DNA of 64,000 nucleotides from Styela clava (GCF_964204865.1 NC_135259.1:5394001-5458000), one strand, 5' to 3'; positions 15,249 to 29,600 are shown, counted from the first letter of the stretch. The notes: generated by a model from the sequence alone, not told the origin. Numbers and translations: made by a program.

Positions 15249-18200
15249 TCACGAATCGTTTTTCATAGGAAGCAAGCTTTCAACTTCTTTCATCAAACGA
15301 AGACAAACTTCTTCTCTGAATGGATAACTTGCGCATTGAACACTAACCGGCATATTAATGCTCCCCAAACACGCCTGGAATGAAAACATTTTTGTTGAAA
15401 AGGAACATAAATTTATCAAATACACTATGCAGTAAGCGTTATTCAGTTTAGCTTTTTAATTTAATATCTAAGACTCAATGATCCCGCTTATAAACGCGCA
15501 TGTGTTTGTGTGATGAATAAAAGCGTCATACATTTTTAACAAGCTCCGATAATGAATCTTCATAATGGTCTTTGTACGTTTGTAAATCATCAACATCTTC
15601 CTGTGTAACGCGAGTTACTGGAACAGTTCCTGCAGGACCGTTCACAAGATTGAAAACAGCAGTGTATGATCCCATTGCTGCGGAGAACATTCAGTTATTC
15701 ATGAAAGCAAATATTGATTCATACGTTTCTTCATATGTTTTGTAATTGTGAATAAACTTAGATATAGGGGCACAAAGTTGGAATTGAAAACGGACCCGTG
15801 GTAGAAAGATACTGAAGTTTTAGAGCTTATTGCTAATTCAGGGTAGAATTTAATCTAGTAAATTTATGTATGATGCATGCAGAACAAATTAAAAAGAGAA
15901 CTTTAAAATGCGATTTGAGAGACAATTTAAGCTCATCCCAAAGCTATTATTCAGAAATAAGAAGCGGAAAATAATAACACGTTTGTGAACGATTTCCTTA
16001 CCAGTCAAATTTGACAGATTTCCTTTAGGACTGGCAACAATTGGAGAAACTGGACAAATCAAAGCATCGATTTTATATTTTTCTCTCCATTCCTTCCAAA
16101 ATTCCGATTTGTATTGTTCTATCTTTCCTCGCATCTTCCATAATTTATTAACAGTCGTATCGCCTTTGCCATAGTAAGCTTCGTAATTTTTAGCAATTCT
16201 CGGGTACTAGTCAGTAAAAATAAAAGTTTGAAAAAATTTAGCGCATTCAAGATTATTGTTGCACTGTCCAAAAGATCATCACGGCCAATGAGGCATTTTA
16301 AACTATACTATTGAAATAGCAGTTCTGCCGTCGGCACCACTAAACGTAATTTTTTCATTGAAAAGTGCAGATATCCTAGTAGCTAACGGAAAAAGTGTAT
16401 ATTATATTAGTTATTCGTAAGATAACCATAAACTGATTTGAAAGAAATATAACACCTTGAAACTAAGGAAGAATGCATATATCTTTCTGAAGATCCATGG
16501 AGTGGTCCAAATCGAATGATATAACTTTATTGATACGTCTACAGCATCATTTTCTAGTAGTTCCATGAATGATTCGCCTCCATCTGCGAATCCAGCTAAA
16601 TATACAAGACAAAGTTTTATCATAAGAGTGTGAACAACGATACAAGTTTGAAACGAAACATACGCCTTTTCTGATTGAACTGAAATATATGCATCGGTTC
16701 GAGAATATGTATTAACGTTGAAAATTGAAACCGAAGTTCTGATATTTTGATAATATATTAAGAAACTGAAATTCGCAATATTCCACTGACCACAATTTAA
16801 ATCTTCCATGATTAATTTATCATATGGCTTATATGGAACCAATGTGTGACCAGCCTCTTCTAATGTTTCCTTTGTAATTTTGATAGCTCTCTGACAAGCT
16901 GGTATTGGTTTCATGTATCCGTCATCATCGAAATATCCGATTCTTAGAGGCTTTTTATTTGTATACATCTAAAACAGATTACAAATTTTTTGGAGGAATT
17001 GATGGATGTGGCATTGCTCGAGAATTTTTTATCATCTCCTTATGATATAGCCACCACAAGAAATTGTTCACAAGTTACCGTGACATGCGTAGACGCAAGA
17101 TGTTAGGTTATATAACAGGGGTGGGCAAGGTTTTTGGACCAAATTTTTCCACCTAGATCGGAGAGCCATGTAAGTGTGACGTAAAAAGTTACACGTGACC
17201 GCACACAACAAGCGCACGAGACGAAAGAAAGATGTGTGAAAAGCACGTCGTCGAACCGAGTGAGCGAGAAAACCTAAAGTTTTGTTATCAAGATCATATT
17301 TTAAAGTCTGACCTTCTCCCGAAATTTTATCGGTACAACATGTGGATCCAGCTCAAACATTTTTTCGCAGCAAAGTGCACGCATCGCCATTACAATAGTG
17401 TCTATATCACGTGCCATTGGCCCAGCAGAGGTGGCAAGCGCTGCCATAGCATTAGGTCCTGGATGTGAAAATTATACTCTACTAAATATATTAAAAAAAA
17501 TTAAACACATAATTTTTCAATAAAGTAAAGTACCGATAACAAAGCAATTCAACGGACTACTTAACTATACGTGCATTTATTTATTAATACGTGCATTTAT
17601 TTATTATGGGTTTGTATAAGTTACTGCGGTATTAACTTTTTAGTTATTTTTTCATAGGACAATTATTCGCGCTTTTCACCTCAAACAAGACCCTATACCA
17701 GCGGCCACTGGTATTTAATGATATGATAATTGTTAGAAATAATATACAAAATATTAAATTGAAATCCCAAAAGATTGCAGTGGACAGGATTTACCTTGTT
17801 AAAGGCTCCGAAATGACCTTCCTCAAACAGATGGATCCCATTGCGTAATTTTATTATCATTTATTCACCTTGCACAAAAATGTCAAAAAATGGTAGTCCC
17901 GAAGTATGTGAACCGAGATGGTGGACACCGGAACGTAGTATGTGTACCAGGTTGGGGTTAGGCTATAATTTCAAGTACAAAAACTACGGAAGTCGCTTGG
18001 CTAGTTTCCGAACTCGCAATAGAACAAAAATAAGGGAAAATTGGTATAAAACTATGGTCTAATTTTAACCCGGTACACATACTACGTTCCGGTGTCCGCC
18101 ATCTTGGTTCACATACTTCAAAGCACCAAAAAAATTACCTATAATCCCTGACTGACTCAGTCTATTCATAGTCGGTTTGAAACTACAAATTCCGCAAATA

Positions 18201-20527
18201 TGTCCAGGAATTCTTATACTGCCTCCAGTGTCAGTTCCAAATCCTAGTACAGAACCTCCAGCAGCGATAATACATCCTTCGCCCGAAGATGACCAACCTG
18301 GCCCGAATTTCGGATTAAGGGGATGCGATGTCTCTCCATATATGGGATTGCTGGCTTCAAAACTTATAAATGAAAACAAAAATTAAGTTAATGAAAACAC
18401 TATAGATACTTAAATACATTTAGTAACTGCAGAATCATATGAAATGACAACAACGCGTGGCAACGCTCAATTTCAGTCGCATAAATCCTAGCGGTTCCCC
18501 CAACTTTTTGTTCGTGCGGCGCCAAATTAACAGGGAAGAATTTCACCGGCGCACTTACATGAAAAAATCTGCTTTTAAATAAAACTCAATTTTGTGATCG
18601 ATAATGTGTATTTTATGATTTTTAAAGTTTGTAAACACGTAGGCCTATGGAATTAAGAGAAAAGGTCAACACTTCTTCAAAAAGTTGAACAACTGATCTC
18701 TCTCTATTCATTATTCTCCAATTTAACCGTGGGTAACAAAAAAGGCACTTTCTCTCATTGAAGATAGGAGGAATTTACCTCAGCATCATTTGAGGAAGAT
18801 TAGTTTTTGCAAACGGAACCGCTCCACAATGTTTCAAAACTTTCACAAGCACGCAATCTTCTGTAGCGATGTTGTCTAGAAATTTTGATATACCAACAGT
18901 ACTCGCAGAACCCTATTTGAAAAATATCATACCGAAAACTTAAATTGATATCTCGAAATCCACTGTCATTGTGGGTAGTTCGAACAAACGCTGGTTTTTA
19001 CCTGACGCAAGGAAATCTCAAATGTTGAACTATAACCTATTTAATTGAATAAACTATCATCCGTGATGATCTATATCTATATGACTAACTAAAAAAATAT
19101 ATCGAATTTTTTTCTTTATATTATTTAAAATAATATTCCAACTTAAACTCAAATCGTTCCGGATAGGTTTAGTCATTAGTATAATCTAATTACATTCTTT
19201 TTGTATATTTAGAACCTCCCGCTAGAGATGTCACAAACTTGACTGTTCAAAGAATATTATCAATTCTTTTTTCAAATTTTCGTTGAGCAGTTAGACTTGG
19301 CCTTTTTACATTTGTTGGACTAAATTTTAGATTTCATAAAGTTAAAAATTCTGACATTGGAAAAAACCTGAAACATCCAAGCTCTTTACTCGAGAACTCT
19401 TAGAAGGAATGAAATCCAGGTAGAAAAGATATATACTGGGCAATCAAAAATTTAAACAATGATAAAATTGTAACCTTTGTTTGGAAGCATTCTTTTAAAG
19501 TGACCGGAACATTGTGCAACGGCAAATCAAATGCGTTTTTTGAATCTAAATTTTCAGCAGTCGTCAAACAATCTTTCACAACTTCAGTGATGCAGTTCAA
19601 TTTTTTTGTAATTTTCAATGCCTGCAAATTAGTTCATTAAAGAATGTATTATTTATGTTGTTTATGTGCAAATGGTTGAATAATCGAATGCTAGAAAAAC
19701 AAGCCGGTAGGCGCCCACGATCTCCACTGATACATAAGGGGCCGGGCTGCAGTTAACCGTCCCGTCTGCGCAAAATTGCATCTCTAACGACAGCGTGCTA
19801 CAGTGTGCAGACGCTACAGCCAAACACACAGATAGACAGACAGACAGAACGACTGAGAATAAGGGTCTACTAGAGCGGAGATCCAATATATACTGTGAAA
19901 GCATGAAGCAAAAGCAAGGAGAAATTAGTGCATTCCAAATTAGAAGCATATAATGGGATACGCATCGTGGTCTACGTACATAGATGTATATATATCAACG
20001 TATTCCTTGTACAATATCTATAAATATTATTGACTTTTTAACAATTTTCAAAGCGCAGAAGACATGCATAGTAACCCTACTTGACTTCTTGACAATATAT
20101 ATGAATTTACAGACGGCATCAACATTGTTAAATAAACTAACTAATTGAATAAAAAATTCTCCTCACTTTAAATAAAAAGGTTTTGGTTACAAGACTTGGG
20201 TTTGTTTTGTGCAATCTTCCACTTTCGATTAGTTGAGGTCCATTTAGATTTGTAATTGATTTCACAATTTTGTCATTCTGAAATATACAAAAAAATAAGA
20301 CAAAAATGGATTTTAGAGCGTTATTTTAAATTAAAAAAAATTACCAAGTCTTTTGATAAAGTTTCCAATTGATTTTCGTTGTACTGATGTTCTTTTTCGC
20401 GTTTCCTCTTTGCTTTGTTTGAAAGTTTCTTTGATTTACTACCCCTTTCTACAACACGTTGAAGAGATTTCACCAATAAAACAAGCAGTATTGTTAACGA
20501 TATGTATGACAATATCAAAGTCAGCAT
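15249..20527 (-). CDS. FAAH: Fatty-acid amide hydrolase-like amidase, copy B (11 exons, 579 aa)
   Basis: Exons: 20527-20345, 20277-20167, 19621-19475, 18912-18779, 18362-18139, 17458-17313, 16968-16791, 16595-16456, 16206-16002, 15677-15532, 15374-15249. They sum to 1740 nt in frame, with the same intron positions and phases as copy A. Motifs: PVTLKEC, GPGWSSSGEG, GTDTGGSIR, GPMARD. Confidence 0.92.
17892..18127. mobile_element. Long-TIR (foldback-like) MITE, family C
   Basis: GAAGTATGTGAACCGAGATGGTGGACACCGGAACGTAGTATGTGTACCAGGTT is mirrored by AACCCGGTACACATACTACGTTCCGGTGTCCGCCATCTTGGTTCACATACTTC. A related full copy is at 31137-31364, and more diverged or partial copies at ~14715-14832, ~35148-35248 and ~39980-40522. 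Confidence 0.85.
19699..19950. mobile_element. Probable HINE/DINE-like non-autonomous element in a FAAH-B intron
   Basis: GC-richer island starting AACAAGCCGG.., with an internal (GACA)n microsatellite and short subterminal inverted match GATCTCC / GGAGATC. Single copy in the window. Confidence 0.5.
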
Positions 20528-20614
20528 GCTTATTGATTTGAGTATTAATTATAGGCTATGCAACTAGACAGAAGAGATAGGTTGTATTATATCTTAATTC
20601 ACAATATTTTATAG

Positions 20615-21000
20615 CAGGGGTGGCCAACCTGCTTTCGACCGCGATCAACTAAAATCTTCAAAATAGCTCGCGATCGACTGATCGGTAATAAGGTCCTACA
20701 CAAAAACGAATGGGTACTGAATATGCACATAATCGCACACACGCATACAAAAAAACGCATACAAAAATCCCTATTGTTGGGCATTTTGATGCCACTGCTG
20801 TACTTCGGGCTTGCCCAGACTAAAATACTGTATGCGTATATTGTATTTTGCGCATGGACAGTACTGTATTCTACCTGTTTTAAAACACAAAACCGGTTTA
20901 AGGCAATTTTGGGGGTATTTTATCAAAATTCACTCAACATTATACGCGATTGACTGCTCGAGATGTGGCGATCGACCGGTCGACGCGTTGGCCACCCCTA
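20615..21000. mobile_element. Non-autonomous hAT MITE just upstream of FAAH-B
   Basis: TIRs CAGGGGTGGCCAAC / GTTGGCCACCCCTA and subterminal GCGATCGAC-like motifs. The TSD is degenerate. Confidence 0.8.
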
Positions 21001-22498
21001 TTTTTTCATAGCAACAATTGAAATTGGGTAATAACTAATAAGTAATAACTTAATATCAACTTGAGGTGTGTCATAATTTTTTAGCATAACGTGACATGAA
21101 AAGTACATATGTCATATGACATAATTGTGATAACGCATATACCCTCTTTTCAATACATTGCATAAGTTAATCGAGTCGTAACTTTCGTCTTGCTGGGAGT
21201 ATTGCATTTTAGTTTGTTTTCCTAAACGCTTTCTAAATTATCTTCTTAGAAGTCTTTAAAACGACACCTGTTTGACTCACAGACATTTCCTTATCTTATG
21301 AAATCTTAAATCTGTGACTGTGATGTCAGCGTACAATTTTCACCCATGTCCACGCCCCTGCATCCAAAAAATATAAAAAAAATCAAATAACTGCAATATT
21401 ATAAAGTCAATGCAACGGAACAATGCTAAATACTCGCTATACGTATACCCCACTATACTAGTTAATGATATGTATACCAACGCCTCTACCTTATGTGAAT
21501 GAATTCATATGGTAGTTGTACATGGCGAAAATATACAAAAAGTATGGTCGATTGTTTCATTAACCTGATGCATATATAATAACACCACAAGAGCTACGAC
21601 TTCCATTAACTTACTAATTGCAATGCCATTGCCAGAGCTATGACTTCCATTCTACTGCGTTCGGCTCTAAAAATAATTTGATTACTTATTCCATAGTACG
21701 ATTAAAGCTCGCTTGTTACTGCATCGACCTACAAAACCGTTCATTTCGAAAGCAGAGCTGAAATCAACAATGTAACACTTCCTGTGCAAGTTATTTAAGT
21801 TGGCATCGAACGAAAATTATTACTTCATACATTCAATTGAGGCGATAACCCATTCACTTGAAACGAACATGTAATTGTTGGTTGCATTCAGAAAAAAGAA
21901 TGATTAGATCAACGACCTATTATTCTTTATTAAGAGAAATCAGATTATTTGGAGAAAATCTGCAACAGCGTGACGCCCTGAGCCACATGTATGGCATTTG
22001 TAGGTTGTGTTTGATACAAACTTCCGATCGCATTCATTCTAAGCTAATGTTCCGCTCCGATAGGCAGATTTCAGGGTTAAAATTCTACATTTCATGAAAG
22101 TATTTTACAAAAGAGAAGTGTGGAGATCTATATGCAAGTTTTTGTCATGTGAAAATGTCCAATTTGGGCAACTTTTGACTATGAATGTAAATGATCACAG
22201 GCAAGGCGTTTAGTGGAATGGTTGCTAAAAGTGCCGACCCACTCTATTTGAGTGGATTTTAAAACGTCGTTTACAAGGGAAGACAATAAATATCAAGTTA
22301 TTGACGCCTCGGGCAATTTTTAAAATAAGACTCACAATAACCGTGTTTATCCGCGGTTCATATGATATATTCAAAGTCATATTCTTTACTATTTTTCATT
22401 TCGTAGTATCCGAGAATAATAATTCGACAGACATTTGTGAGATTCAAATCTTTCTTTTTACGACTAACCTATCTAAGTTAAAAATGCTTCAATCCTGC

Positions 22499-23360
22499 TA
22501 TTGGACACAAAATGGACCTATTGATCGTTAACACTACTATGTTGTAGTTAGTATTTTTTTCTCGTTGTTAAAAATCATCCTTTTCTTCACCTAATGGGTC
22601 AATTGCTGTCACATTTTCAGTGGTTAAAGATTGCTGTTTCCGCTAGAAAGCTTTTGCTTTTCAATCGTTCCTAAATGTTATATACTATTGTGATATACAT
22701 GATGTAATACCGCTAGGTGGCGCATAATCACCCATATTGTTTTGACCTTATCTCTGCGAGGCTGACGTTCTAACTCTGCACGTGTTTTGTGTTACTTGCT
22801 GCTTGGTCTTCTACTGCTATGGTGTCTTAATTTTAAAATCTTTGGCTCTTACAATAAGGTAGTGTTGTAATGGAAACTTGATTCTTGTTGAAAAAGAACT
22901 AATGGCAGATGCACTACACTAAATTTCCTATGGTATCTAATAGTTCATCCTAACTTTTATACATATGACAACCGTTTTTATTCTGCCAAGCGTGACGGTC
23001 GTCTTCCATTTTGACTCTGCAAACTCCTGCTACGCGACGGTTGTAAGTTTTATGATATTGTGGGCTACTGTACATTAGGTACTGCAAAAGGTACAGTGCG
23101 GCAAAAGATTACATACTAAAGTTATAAGCCGAATCATTTAGTATTTTAATTCACGGTGGCATTAGACGCATGGATAATCATCGTCACAAGACCTGATTAC
23201 GCTAGGACAATGCAGGTACTGGTACTAATGAGGTATGGTACCGTACGGTGGCTGTTACCCAGTTCCAGCCAGATTCGTTCAGGATAAGATGTTTGGGAGA
23301 AATTGTGGGTAAAGTATTTCGTTTCTGAAGTGTCCATATATTTGAGCATTGTTCTCTTGC
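22499..23360 (-). mobile_element. Interspersed element family B (HINE-like)
   Basis: Ends ATTGGACACAAAATGGACCTA and GTGTCCATATATTTGAGCATTGTTCTCTTG match the termini shared with copies at 28786, 31964, 33920, 37918, 51900 and 58742. Confidence 0.7.
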
Positions 23361-23648
23361 TATTTTCGCATTCACAGACATTAAATAGGCAACTGTCGTT
23401 TTTCGACTAGGCCACCTTAAAATTTGCATTACACGTACATTTCTTGTCATTGTTGCCCATACTAAACCCGACCCACCTTTTGCACCCAACGCTATCTTTC
23501 ACCCTTTACAAACTAATTTTGTGGAACTTGAACCAATACTCCAGACTAAGTTGAAAAGAATATTCATTTCCTTCTTTGCGTGTTTTATTTACAAATGACA
23601 AATAAAATCAAAATTATACTGAGCAGTACAGAAGTCACGTTTGCCTTC

Positions 23649-26600
23649 TCAAGGTTCGTCTTCAACTGTGAAAATAAAACAAATATTTTTTATGCAACAG
23701 ACGGACTACACAATGTAACATGCTCCGATGATCCAACATAAGACAAACGGTTAGCTAAAATGACTATTTTAACTTTAAAATTCAAGTTCAATGAAATGTT
23801 TACACATTTGTCATGGATAGGACTTCATACAAGCAACCGGCTTAAATACGACTCGTTTTCTACAAAAACCTACACCCTTTCAACGAGGCATGGCATATAT
23901 AGTATTTAAAAATTAGTCAAGAAGTAAACATAGTATGACTAAGCTTTTGAGCTTCAATGGCAGAGGCACTGTACAAACACATGCAGTCTAATCAATAATC
24001 CGGTTATGCTTCTTTCTAATACAGTATTTTAGTACATAACACTATTGTTTATTAAATAAAAAATACATATTACCAATGGTATCTTGTTTGTTATCTAAAG
24101 AGAGAAAATAATATCACATTAGGAACCTGCAAGATGACTGCATCAACAAATCATTAAATTGAAAAAAACATTGATAGCATGTTTAGGATAAATGAAAGGC
24201 ACCATGTAATAATGCCCGAATAACGATTTAAGATAGATTTCCAGTAAAGGTTCTTTGATATGTGTTATTTAGTTGCTTTTGTGATGTCAAACTATTTAGT
24301 TAGAAAGTTAAAATGGTATTGAAATAGTCATTATTATTCGCTTTACCTTTCATCTGTACCAAAGCCGGGTCTAAAATAGATTAGAAATATAGTTATTCTC
24401 ACGGTATAAATGAAAATAATTGAACCTTGGAAGCATTCGCGAAATGCCCGGACAATACTAAATGCCGCAAATCTTGCCAATCTCGGCAAATTTGAGTAGA
24501 AAATAGATAAACCATTTTATCCAAATTCATAATCTTATTTTATTTGACGCGATGTAAGCATCTGATCAACTCAGTACAAGATTTTGTGAATAATATATTG
24601 TTTGCTCATTCCATCCACACGGCCAAAATGAAATGATTGAGCACTCACAACTTCAAAGGCAGATGTCTGGAAAAGTTGTGGTTTGATATAATAAAATAAC
24701 TGTCGCTCGTAATATATTTTTGCATAGTGCATAAACTAAAAATCAAGTCAGATTTATGTCACATGTTCATTGCCATAACATCGATCATTGCAAATGTGAT
24801 CTTTTGGGCGAACTTTGAACTTTAGGTAATGAACTCCACATTTTATCAGTTTATAGCTCAATTTGACAGTCTGAATTGTTTAGAATTTAGACCATATTGA
24901 GACAAATAGAAAATAGCCATACTCTTATGTTTTAGTATTCAGATACATCATCAATTTCTTTATATTGTGCTACATATATGATAAATGTTTTGTTCACAAT
25001 TAATCATAAGTTTCGAGGCAGAAACTGCCATGACAGAGATAAAAGTGGAAAATCAAAAAATCATGAAATACCTTCAAACATAAATGACCCTGACCATTCT
25101 CCATAGTTTTGAGACGTAATTCCATGTTGTGTGCTACCAACATATCTTGACATTCCATCTATCTTCCAAACTTGGCTATGGCCAGCTTCACCAGCTATTA
25201 AAAATAATAACGAGAATATCGGTCAGAGACCGAAGACTTATCGATCGAAGTTAGGGGATCCAAAACAGCGCTCTTACTCCATAGTGACACCTTGTGTCCC
25301 ATCACTAATTAATTAATAACTCGCTAATTATACATAATTCGCCCAAAATCAATAGGCTTCTGGTCCGAGATATGATGAATGCACATGCAAAATCTGGAGC
25401 AGATTCATTTGCGCTTTCGTGAGATATCGCGTGCATCTAACATACATACAGACAGACAAATACCTATCAACATACTTACCGATTAAAATCGATAAGTAAC
25501 AATTTTGTAGTTCAAAACATGAAAATAAATTTAACTTCAAATAATATTTAAATTTTAATAAATATCATAGTATTCTAAAATAACAAATCATTTCTTTTTA
25601 TCTGAATGGAGCTAAAATGAGAGTATCGGACAGAGACCGAAGACTTATCGATCGAAAGTTGGGGGATCCCCAAAACAGCTCTTTTACTCCATAGTGAGAT
25701 CTTGTGTTCCATCACTAATTAATTAATAACTCGCTAATTATACGACATAATTTGCCCAAAATCGATAGGCTTCTGGTCCGAGATGAGATGAATGCACATG
25801 CAAAATCTGGAGCAGATCCCGCTTTTGTGAGATATCGCGTGCATCTAACAGACAAACGAACAGACATACAGACAGACAAATCAACATACTTACCGATTAA
25901 AGTCGATAAGTAATTACCGATTAAAATCGATAGGTAACAAACGCTTACTCTTTCAATATGACTAGTAATGTATCTTTGTGAGTTTTCACTGACCTGTTAA
26001 CACGCCTTCGTGTATTGCTGCGGCACATATACTGGAATCATCAGTATAGGTTCCTGTTCCCCATAAACTGTACGATTTCGTAGCGCAATCAGAAGGACAT
26101 ACCACAGTAAAAGTTGGGATTGAAAACGATCTTGCTTTGGTTTCACAAGTAATATTACCAACATTTTCTTCGTTGTTCTGAGGTTCTGAAGTATAAAATT
26201 AGCTCGAAGGTCTAATATAAAGGCTTTTCGCCTAAAAATTTTAACAGATGGGTTGTTTTATTTATATCGTAATGTGGTTAACAAGTATATATTTAATTTA
26301 TTTACTACTGAATTGAAAAGATCCACTCCATTTTCCGTAACTTTTCGACCTAATGCCAAATCTTGTTGCACCAGAATAACTATTTCTACCAGAAGATTTC
26401 CAAACAACAATTTCGCCTCCTGTGTCAGCTGAAAAAATGTGATAGCGTTTAGTAATTTCATAACCATATAGCTAAAGATAGTGGTTTTGACAGTTAGTTA
26501 CAATTATTTATATTTTATAGTCAAGTTGGGCTTACAAGGTAATTCAGTGATGCTGTTTAAATACGTTTACATATCAATCTGTACTGAAAAAAGTTACTGT

Positions 26601-29600
26601 TGGACCTGGACGAGCCATCGTGTTACCTTCAATAATTCCATCATGAATGGCAGCTGCACAAATATAGGAGTCGTCAGTATAAATTACGTTCCCCCATAAT
26701 CTGTCGGTATTTGAATTACATCCAATCGGGCAAACCACAGTGAAATGATTTTCATCGTAGGTATTTGCTTGTACCAAACAAGATATCGTTTCTAAAAAGA
26801 ATCATGTAAATATATATGAAGAATTAGGGATTTTTCAAAACAATCTTGTATTTTTAATGTGAATGTTGTACTTACTCCGAGTTTCATTTTCTGTAGACTT
26901 TGAATCTAGAATAAAAAGCAGAAATAGTTGTACAATGTCCAACATGACATAAGAGACCTATTGAAGATTTACTTAATAGTGTTTTAGTATAGTTTTGATA
27001 TATTATTTTGTACGAATATCCTACCATTAAATTTAAAAGAACCGCTCCAAGCTCCATAACTTTTTGAAGTTACTCCATTTCGTGTTGTCCCTAGGTAGCT
27101 GCTTCTTCCGTCCATTTTCCAAACTTGAACTTTACCGCCTTCATCAGCTGAAATAAATCGTCCAGAATCACCATTTTCACATGAAAGTGAACAACACATT
27201 TATAACGACGATATTGAGATGATAAAAAAGACTGAATTAGATCACTGGATGTAGATTGATACCTACAAATTTTATAAATGGTTATTGTTATGTAGGCTAT
27301 ACCTGTATACATCTCAAAGCTGCATAGTAGTAAATGCGAATACGATGGCAATGAATCTGTTACGGTTCAATCACAGCTACTAACAATTTTCATCACAAAT
27401 TCATGTTATTATCCAACCATATTACATTACCTTCAATCACACCATTATGAATAGCAGCTGCGCAGATGTAAGAATCATCTGTGTAAATCTCATTCCCCCA
27501 TAATCTGAAAGTGTTTGACTCACATCCACCCGGGCAGATGACAGTAAAATGATTTTTGTTATAAGTATTCGCTTGTGTGGTGCATTGGACGGTATCTGAA
27601 ATTTGATTGCGAATTGCGCTTTCATTATGCTAAGCTCAAATTTAGAAAACAAATCCACCCACTAATAAAACTGTATACCATACTTACCCTGAACAACTTT
27701 GGGTTCTGAAAAATTAGAAAAAATACAATAGTTACTATTTTTTACAAAAATTGAAAAATCAATTTGTCCAATTAACAAGCCGTTGTTTGTTTTAGAATAC
27801 ATATATACCACGAGATGCCTTACCAGTAAACTGAAAAGAACCGCTCCAACTTCCATAACTTTTTGAAGTAATACCATTTGTTGATGTTCCAGAGTAATTG
27901 CTTCTTCCGTCGGATTTCCAGACATTAACTTGGCCTCCAGAATTAGCTATAAATTACATATTGCTACATGTTTTCCATATTAACCCATGAAAATAAAAGA
28001 CAACTACCACAATATATTTCTGGCGAACGAAAAGCAAATATAATATATAAATGCAATCGATAATATCATTTTCACCTTTAATCCGCACCCTTAGAGTAGT
28101 CTATTCGGACCTCATCTGAGTATTGGCGCCATTAACTTTGGATATGTGAAAGTTTCGTTTGATTAATTAAACAATTTTTATTTAGGGTTTTGGAGTTTTT
28201 TTCATTTTTATTATCAAATAATCATTAGCCAAAAACTACAATGCGCGTTAAAAAATAGAATTATTTTGCGGTTTCTTAGTTTTCCACGAATCGCTTTTCT
28301 TTTAAATTTTTGAAAGAAACAATGAAATATATTTCGGTGCACCATTAAATATAGTTTTGGAAACAGACGACTTTAGTAAATTTGAAGTGGAAACGATATA
28401 TATGTTGTTTTGCTTGTGGTTGATCAGAGACTGTTACACGTATGGAGTATCTATTTCCATTCGTTCCAATATTGCTTATCAAATAGATTCGAATTTGATC
28501 AAATGCATTTAAATGTAATTACTCTTAAGGATAGGATTTTTGAATAATCGTAACTGATGGTGTGTTAAAAACGATCTTATAGTATTTTTACAACAATAAT
28601 GCTGTTGCGTTACCTTCTATTACACCGTCATGAATAGCAGCAGCACAAATGTAAGAATCATCTGTGTAGATTGCGCTTCCCCATAATCTGGAAACATGTG
28701 AATCACATCCACTGGGGCAAACAACAGTGAAACGATCATCATCATAGTTATTTGCTTGTGTGGTACATGATATGGTTTCTAAAATTAATAAGAGAGCAAT
28801 GCGAAATTGTATGGACACAAATAACAAAATGAAATATTTTACCCACAAGTTAGCAAAATCACATCTTGAACGAAGCTGGAACTGTGGAACAGCTACTGTA
28901 TCTTACCAATAATGGTACCCTATTCATGCGTCCCATCTCAACAGGGAATCAAATAACAAATCATTCAAGTCACAACTGCAGTATCAAATCTCTTTCAGTA
29001 TATATCGGCAGCCTACAGTATCTTATCAAATTACGTCCTACTTTCGCTGAGCACGAGTTCCGCTGATTGCGATCACGGAGCCGCATCACATTGCGCAATT
29101 TTCAATTTTGCTGATGCCATACAAAACTTTGTAGTGCAAATCGAATCTCATTCAGCTCACAGAAAATTTTGAAATAATTAAAAGTAATAGCCTTCAAGCG
29201 ATATCAAAATTCTTCTTAACCACTAAAATTTCCAAAGCAATTGGTCTAGTAGGTAAAGAGAAAAGCATTTTTTACAGCAACAACAAGAAAACAATACCAA
29301 CAACTTTATAACATATGTCCACTTCTTTCCCAATAATTACAAAAAGGGGTTTAAATCAGTTGTATCATACTTACGTTGGACATTTTCGGAATCTGGGAAT
29401 TTAGTAAAATAACATACTGGTCAAATATGTGTAATGCCCAAATTATAATTTAACATACAAAACAGTTATCATTGACCTATGTGTTTTATTGAAGTTTTGT
29501 TTCTTTATCTATGGTAAAAATAGTTGAGTAAGGATGCCTTAGTTGATGCAATTTGTTATTTTATCTGTGGTTGGTCGGAAACTGTTACCGATATGAAGCG

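Noticed and set aside
17568-17606. Short tandem duplication (TACGTGCATTTATTTATTA x2); similar ones near 21590-21650 and 57627-57660
   Set aside because: Ordinary slippage-type duplications with no sign of function.
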